In this document: piece by piece, positions 56,830 to 64,000 of the stretch
Numbering within the stretch: position 1 is the stretch's first letter
How the letters are laid out: every line of letters starts with the position of its first letter
Assembly (NCBI GenBank): GCA_051294905.1
Contig: CM119386.1
Span: 10,478,001-10,542,000, forward strand
Source of the DNA: Botryllus schlosseri
Lineage: Eukaryota
Length of the DNA stretch: 64,000 bases
Reading direction: 5' to 3'
The notes under the pieces: model-generated
Told to the model about the DNA's origin: nothing
The model's database searches: none
The model's input: only the letters and a program-made list of their open reading frames with translations
Program-made: the position numbers and the translations under genes

Positions 56830-58105
56830 TAGCATAATTGGGCTATCGTCAATCAGTACTGGGACTAAAAATGGGCTAGAAACTGTTAAAAGCAGGGGTG
56901 ACCCCTGACCAACCTTTGCTATTCACGGCTGCATTTCGATTACTCATGTAGCCTACGGCCGCATTCCAAGGCATAGTCGAAAGACGAAAGGAATGATCGA
57001 AAGAAAACGCTCACAAGGAATGGAAAGAACTAGAAAAGGCCGCGGCTTCAAAAAGACCAACATCGAAAAGAACTGTTACATCGGCCATTCTAGGCCGAGG
57101 GGGATGTCAGTCTTAAAGGATCGCAACTGCGTGTCGTTCGATATCCTCCTATCTATTCATTACATCGTATTGTACAATGTACATTGTGTGTGACTTGTTC
57201 AGATGGAAAAGATAACCCAACGATACATGAACTAGCCGGACGCCAAATAGCCTACCCATGTTAAACTATCCATGCCCATTTTCGGTGAACTCCAGAGAAA
57301 TCTATTTATTCATATCGGCTTCATATACACACCGAAATCGCGAGTGGACATGTGATGGGATTGGTAATCGTCGCGCCAAGCGAAAATAATTTTTCAGATT
57401 CACGAATGAATTTCGTCAATAATATTAGTAGTTTCACATATTACTATATCAAGCGATCATCAGACAATGTGATCAGATTCACCGGTAGAGTTGATGGAGG
57501 TGGTGTTTTCGAAAATTTTTGGGAGTTATAAATGATGATGCATCTTTGGGTGGGCCAATTGGTTTTAGTCATATTGTTGCATGCAATGCATTTCTTGATC
57601 TATCATCAGGATTGTCGGTATCGTGGAAAAATATTGGTATCGCCCGAAACGTAAATTTTTTTCGTGAGGAGCACGCGATTCCGTATTTCTATACGGGGCG
57701 CATCATTTTCTTCTGCTGTTCGCATCTGTGCTGTGGGGTTCTGATTTCAAAGGGCGCTTCTATTTCAAAATCAAAAAAATGAAGTCGGACGTGGCGCGAA
57801 GAAAAGTTCAAGAGTAATTAAAATCTCTCATAAATTAGGAAACAATTCGCTAATTCAATTTGCATGTCGACGGCCGCCAACCAAAGCTGTAAAAACTGAA
57901 CTGAACACGACGCAAAGCTGAACAGTGAGCACAATGACTCGGACTCGGCCCATTGCGCCCTGACTTGGTGGTTAATTGAAAATGACTCGATTCGACTCCA
58001 GTCGAAATTTAAAAAGTCAGAATGACTTGTGACGTGAGATGGCTGGAACTAGAGCCCGACTGATATTTGGTTGTTGGGCCGATACCGATATCTAACACCT
58101 TCACC

Positions 58106-59415
58106 CAGGGCCGTAACAGCACTTCGCCAGCCCCCCCAAAACGTTGGTCCTGGGCCCCCATAGGGTGATAAACCGAACTTCTGGGGGGCTTCGCCCCCCA
58201 GACCCACCTCGGGCTGTACGCTGTTTACCGCTGCTTATCATCTATATTGAGTGTCCGTTTAGTGAGTCAGCTTTTTTCCCCTAAACGCGCAAAGCGCGAA
58301 ACATTTCTATAATTCATCACTGAATCGGGCAATATGATCGGGAATTGCATATATATTGCTATCAATTTTTATCCTTTCTCTGCTCACGTAATCAATAATA
58401 AATAAACATCTCCAGGTGTATTGTATACCCGTTGGCAGGAACGAAACAGCACTTCGTCAGGCCCCAAAAACCGGAGTCTTGGGCTCCCATAGGGTGACAA
58501 ACCGACCCGCCATCACGTTATTGTTTACTTTTGCCACGAAATTATAGATGTAGGCTACTGCTGATAGTAGGCCAGCGCGAAGCGCGAAAATTTTCGATAA
58601 TTCATGATAAAATTGGTCAATAAGATCGGGACTTGCATATATATCGCTATCAATTTCTTGTCCTCTATGCTCAGTTGCTCACGTAATCAGATTAACCGGT
58701 AGAGGAGCTGAGTCAGGTGTTGTCTTGAAAAATGCAGAGCCCGTAAATAATAATTGAACATCTTCGGGCGGGTGGACCCGTTGGTATGACTTCGTTACAT
58801 GATGTTATTTCGTGATCTCCTGTCTGCTATATCAAAAATATACAATCGCCCAAACGTAGGCTACTAAACTATAAGATCACACGATTTCAAATTGGTATGT
58901 CTTCACTGGTATATAATTTTTCCCTGTGGGGTGGTATTTGTCTTGTGAGGTTTAGATTGCCAAGACAGGAACATTTAGACGCCAGTCATTTAGGCGCCTA
59001 TGGACTAATAAACCTACATGTGTTTTGTATATATAACGAAGTTTTCGGTCGGCATAACGGCAGTCCTTTTCGGCCCAGGTTTTCTCGCTGCCGATCGTTC
59101 TGGCACACCTCTTGGAGTCGCATGTTACATGGCCTAAAACTTTATATGTCTTGGTGCGTCGTGGCGAGGTAATGGCCAACGCTGATATGCCCATTTCTAT
59201 AAATCTTGCGTATTTTTTCTTGTGGGAAGAGTACCCAATAATCAAGATACTTGGCAACTTGAAATCGCGCGCAGCGCGAAAATTTTTTGATAAAGTTGCC
59301 TAAATTTTCCAAAAATACTCTATAATTTATGCTAATTCACGAAATAATTTTGGGCCCCCTTCGAGCTCGCCCCAGCCCCAATTGGGGGGTTTGGGGTGCG
59401 GCAGTTACGGCCCTG
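58106..59415. mobile_element. hAT-type non-autonomous element (CAGGGCCGTAAC family)
   Basis: TIR CAGGGCCGTAAC / GTTACGGCCCTG with an exact TSD CCTTCACC; internal tandem duplication at about 58285-58420 and 58575-58770. Confidence 0.92.
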
Positions 59416-59709
59416 CCTTCACCGATAACACCGATATATTCAGCCGATATTCGAATAAGGTGGAATCTACCTCAAAAGGCGCATTTTCAAAACTTCAGAG
59501 CATTTATTTTAACAGTTTTACAGTCATTATCATACTTGAACATGAAAAAAACTAAAAGGGGTGCAACTGGATACCTTAAAAGTGTAAGCTATATGAAATA
59601 TAGCAATATTCCCAGTCTAGCGATCAACGATTATTGTTTTTTCACTTACTACCATCATGTTGTGACGTCACGAAAATTGCCGATATTTTTCATCTCTAAT
59701 GGTCGATAC

Positions 59710-60221
59710 TAGGGCTGGGCACAATGATTCGAGTACTCGAATCTGAGTCGAGTATAAATTTTAATGATTCGAGTCGAGTAGTAGAAGACGATTTTTTCGA
59801 GTAGGGTACTGATGTTATACGCTCCTCGCAACTGAAAGTTAATTTACCAACGAGAATTATAGTATTGATGCTATTTTCCACCGAGGAAGCCTTGATTGGC
59901 CGTGTCGCAACATACGAGACATAGCAGCCTACAAAGCTACGAACGTTACTAGAAATAATACATTTCCGAAGTCATGATCATCCCAAAACATTGTCAAGAA
60001 GTGCAATTAAACCGGTATGGTCGAAAAAATATCGAATTATCTTTAATGTGATGGATAACAGGCATTATGTTCTTTGTGGTGGCATAAAAGGTACATATTT
60101 GAACTTTGACATAGTACATTCCGTTGTGACGTTATAATGAGTGGTACTAGAATATTCGACTCGAAGCGAAATACGTGATTCAGAATCGAATCACTCAAGC
60201 ACTCGATTTTGCCCAGCCCTA
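59710..60221. mobile_element. hAT-type MITE (TAGGGCTGGGCA family)
   Basis: TIR TAGGGCTGGGCA / TGCCCAGCCCTA with an exact TSD GTCGATAC. Confidence 0.92.
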
Positions 60222-60949
60222 GTCGATACCGATATTACTTTCCAAGTGTAATATTGGTTCAATATTGTCGGCGAACTGATCATCGGTCGAGCTCTAGTTG
60301 TGTAACCCCGTGATTTAGAAACGTCTCAGAGCTTCAGGACGGAGATCATAACGTTAGCTGATCGGGGAGAATGCTAATCATGTGATTATAAACAGCTAAT
60401 CGGGACGCATTTTAGGCGGCGATCATAAAGTTAGCTGGTCCGCAAGAATGCTAATCTTGTGATTAAAAAATGCTAATCGCGACACTTTCAAACATAAAGT
60501 TGAAACTTGGAAAAGGTTACGCGCGATGATTACTAGAAGTGCCCGAGTTTTCAATCAAGTTGTTTTCTGTTGCATCATAATGCGAAAACGCGTTATTGGC
60601 TGTCAGTCGTCAATTTGTTAAATGATATGGCAGCCCGCTAATGAAGATGATGCTACTGTCCTTTGAAAGTTCTCAATGTTGTCGTATCGCGGTAACGTAA
60701 TAAAATGTAAATTGTGAGCGAGCCCTCAACCGTGAATGCAAAGTTCAGCGCGAAATGGCGGTAACATGGTTTGTGACGTGTAGCCTATGCACACGTGTAC
60801 CTGTACGAGTGTACGTACATTGTACGGCTATCCTCGTCACTAGGCTCTGAACTGAATCGAAAAAGTAAAACTTCGAAAAAAAATAGATTGGAATAGAGGC
60901 GCATGAATGAAATGCACAAAAGTGAAAAAAAAACGACATAGTGTTTCAT

Positions 60950-61714
60950 TGGGTCCAACACCAGCATGCAACACCAGAGCACTTCGGTTGTCGTGTGAGG
61001 GTTTAGACTTCGATTCAGAGTTTGGATGAGGTATAATTCCGGGATACAGGTTAGTTGGGCGTTATAAAGACACATTTCCAAGTGTCGTTTTACATTGTGT
61101 CGAATGTCGGGCAGCCGTTATATCTTGGTAACCAGCGAATTCTGATATGTAGCGCAGCGTATAGTTTCAGCCCTCGCGATAAAATCCACCGTATCTCGAA
61201 AATGTCATTCCTCTCCGCAGTCTGCTTCGCAATTCTACTGGATATCATCGATGATGCACTTTGTCGACTAGAGCGCGCCACTCGGGCGCATGCTCACTTG
61301 CTCAGCAATCCAGCTATTCATCTGTTTGTATCCTTCTCCGCGTAATTCTTTCGGAGACTTCTGTGTACGGGATGAGAAAGACTCATGTGCTTCTTAATTA
61401 ACTCCATGCATTAATTCAACGCATTCATCGATAAAGTTTTGCCGGATTGCATCCTTTTTCGGATATTTCTTTATGATACTTTTCCCCGAAATCACTCGGA
61501 CCGGGACTATTTCTGGTTCCACAATGCGCGGCAAATGACGATCGTTCCCGCCTGCACTGTAATTTCCCGTCACGACCTGTTCAGCTAGATTCCGGTAGGC
61601 ATTGTAGACCTTATCTCGGGATACTGATATCTTATTCTCGCTGCACTTGCCCTGACGCGAAACCGTATCACCGCGATGGATGATGGTTGGTACGATCAGC
61701 GGTTCCACGGACAT
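60950..61714 (-). pseudogene. Degenerate coding-like sequence of unknown origin (MSVEPLIV... 106-aa ORF to 61394, apparently continuing past stops)
   Basis: Long ORF 61394-61909, higher GC than the introns, AAACATG context at 61714, and about 40 more open codons after the TAA; no confident family assignment. Confidence 0.3.
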
Positions 61715-63876
61715 GTTTTGAGACACGACAGTCATACTAATGAGATACTTTGTTGCTTCGAAACGGTTCCAGATTAGTAGGCTACAAGATACGAGTCCGT
61801 TGCTATGTGTCGAATCTCGATGTATAGATTCAGAAGAAATATATTTTGCAACCCAGCGAGAAGCATATATGACTATAGAATGCCTAGCTGGAGGGCATTG
61901 TGAGCTCATATAATAACATTGAGTAATTGCCTGGGAAGCACTCCGAAGACTATGCGTTTTCTTTAAGAATGTGTCGGGAGTGTAAATAATAGTTTCAGAT
62001 AAATGATGCGTTAACAGCGGTAACGTAATATATACCTATACTATCTACAATAATATAGCCTAACACTATTGTTATAGATTCTTATGAGTCCGATCGCCGT
62101 TCCAATTTGATAATATAGGCTACTTGTACAAACATATACAATACATATTTACAATAGTGAATGCCTGATTTTCTATATGTCAGAGGAATAACCTTACATT
62201 ACATCTCTCATCTTCATGTCAAATCCTGTGGTATGGGTCCGCATAACATATTCCCATGGTGCACAATCGACCCGGAAATAATTTAGGATACACATATACA
62301 AGTCATCAATTGTTTACGAGTTCGTGGCAAGAAATATTATTTTTCTGATATTTGGGCAATGTGGTGAATTGCGATGACTCAAAGACGTCAACAGTCAGTA
62401 GGAAGATAGGGACAGAGTTTCGAACGCCTACCGCTCTATTTATCGGTCGCTGGAGCGTTTGTAATTGACATTTCGAAGGATTGTATTAATCAGCGCTGTT
62501 TTTATCATAAACCCGAAGGAATATCTTAACGTTATTACATCACCCACCCACGTACGGGTACGTACGTACGCACGGTTTTTCGAATATCGATCCAGTGAAG
62601 TGCGCGGATAAATAACTTCATGCGTGATGCAACGTACAAATAATTACTGCCGTGTTTACAGTACACGCGGATGTAAATCTTGACGCTACTCAACTCGGGT
62701 TAACGTCCTGTTGTTAACACATTTTGACGCTTTTCCGTTCGATAATACCGTCATTTCGAATAAAGCGTTACAAATATTGAATCACTTAATTTGACGCGAA
62801 TGATCAATTTCTTCTTGGTAATACGACTAGGCTCTCGATCGCGCGGGTCGAAATATAGACTCGCTCGTCAAAATCGATAGCCTACTTGCTAGGAGCCAAG
62901 ATAAGCAAATTAGCAAATGGTGGCCGGTAGGCGGTTGATGCCAATCGACATTCGCCGTTGACTCGGTTTGAACCCCAACGTGCAAGTCTAGAGCGTCGAA
63001 ATCCAGGTTGTGTGAGCGAGTTGCATACCCATACGTCCTCCTTTAGAATGATTTGACCTTATTTTTCAGGATATTGGAAATGTCCTCCGAGGACACCTAA
63101 AGTCCTCGATCCTCTACAGCATTTACAGCTAGGATAATATACAGGTTCAACCGAAAATCGACATAAATGACGTGAAATAGCAAATACGGACGTTCGAGCG
63201 GCTCATTTGGGAGTCGAATGAAAGTTATGACCTTTTTTTAGTCAACACCACAAAATTAAAGTAAAAAGTGGGCTGGGAGTCGAGAGTAAAAGTGGTGACT
63301 TTTTTTAGTCAACTCAATAAAATTTCCAGTAAATATTGCAAATTCGAATGTTTTCGATCAACTAACTTTTACGATTTGATAAAAGCGTCCTCCTTTCCCC
63401 ATTCCAAAATATGGTAACCCTAGAGTTGCATAGCCTCCACAAGGCTGGGTCTTATTCGTACTGCGCCTGCACAACCTTAAAACTGAAGAAACTGACTTCT
63501 CTGGTTTGAAGAACCGAAGTAGAGGGCTAGTGGAGTGGCCTCATTCGACATCTGAAAGCCCGAATACAAGGGCTCACGGTAACCTATCTGTCCAATGTGT
63601 CCATACTAATATGGTGTTACGTTGTCTCTGTTCCTTCTGCTGGACTCGTACTGCTCTGCGGTCCCCATGCGATTACTGTATTCATGCATTATTTTTGGCA
63701 AAGCCCAGAGAACACTCGCATATACGCTTCCACGGGGGACAACACACATCTATCACGGTACGGAGCTGGATATGTATTGTACAAACATTTCATTATTCTA
63801 TATTTTAAATACACACGTTAATATTGCACGGATATGAAACCGACATCTTCGCGATCTGCAGCCGCAACGATTAAAT

Positions 63877-64000
63877 CTACGCATTCGAAGACCCGAACTC
63901 CACCTCGCCATCATCCTCCGTTTCCTGGCAAAAACAAACAAACAATATGCACATATTCGAGAAGCCGCAGACGCAAAAGACATAGCTACCTTCACGTAAG
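63877..64000 (-). CDS. 3' end of a convergent paralogous receptor gene: last 11 nt of the penultimate exon (63990-64000), 65-nt intron, last exon 63877-63924
   Basis: Minus strand reads ..YVK|gtagct...tttttgccag|ETEDDGEVEFGSSNA-TAG, mirroring ..YVN|gtgaga(67 nt)..gacag|[19 protein letters not shown] of the main gene, with the same intron position and phase. Confidence 0.85.
   Translation of the reverse strand, partial: LREGSYVFCVCGFSNMCILFVCFCQETEDDGEVEFGSSNA

Larger units (their letters stand above)
58050..60296. mobile_element. CCGATA-repeat MITE hosting two nested elements
   Basis: Ends TAGAGCCCGAC.GAT / ATCGGTCGAGCTCTA; CCGATA(T/C) repeats are interrupted by the insertions; TSD unclear. 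Confidence 0.7.

Noticed and set aside
56968-56985. GCCTACGGCC resembling the start of 5S rRNA in repeat family A
   Set aside because: Only about 10 nt match, and it is absent from the other two copies.

Overview
AT-rich metazoan genomic DNA. An invertebrate chordate such as a tunicate is my inference from the ~55-70 nt minimal introns and the protein architecture; the sequence does not prove it. Almost the whole window is one plus-strand gene, which I reconstructed by hand from splice sites and phases. It has 58 phase-compatible coding exons from 2603 to 56536 (about 2,526 codons in the window; the start and signal peptide lie upstream). It encodes a macrophage-mannose-receptor-like type I membrane protein: 5 C-type lectin domains (CTLDs), 2 discoidin (F5/8 type C) domains, LCCL, 7 more CTLDs (one with a fibronectin type II domain inserted into its long loop), a trefoil domain, 2 defensin-like six-cysteine repeats, a Thr/Pro stalk, a TM helix and a tail with FDNPxxY. 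The most striking feature is a pair of frame-enforced mutually exclusive exons in CTLD4, one encoding an EPN (mannose-type) and the other a QPD (galactose-type) sugar-binding loop. The last two exons of a convergent paralog appear on the minus strand at the window end. The introns are packed with nested transposons: many hAT-type elements with exact 8-bp TSDs, a Chapaev3-like element, tRNA-derived SINEs, L2/CR1 3' fragments, and a young Penelope-like element with an inverted terminal copy and a hammerhead-like motif. No rRNA, true tRNA or CRISPR array was found. All coordinates are hand-counted and may be off by a few bases at TE edges.
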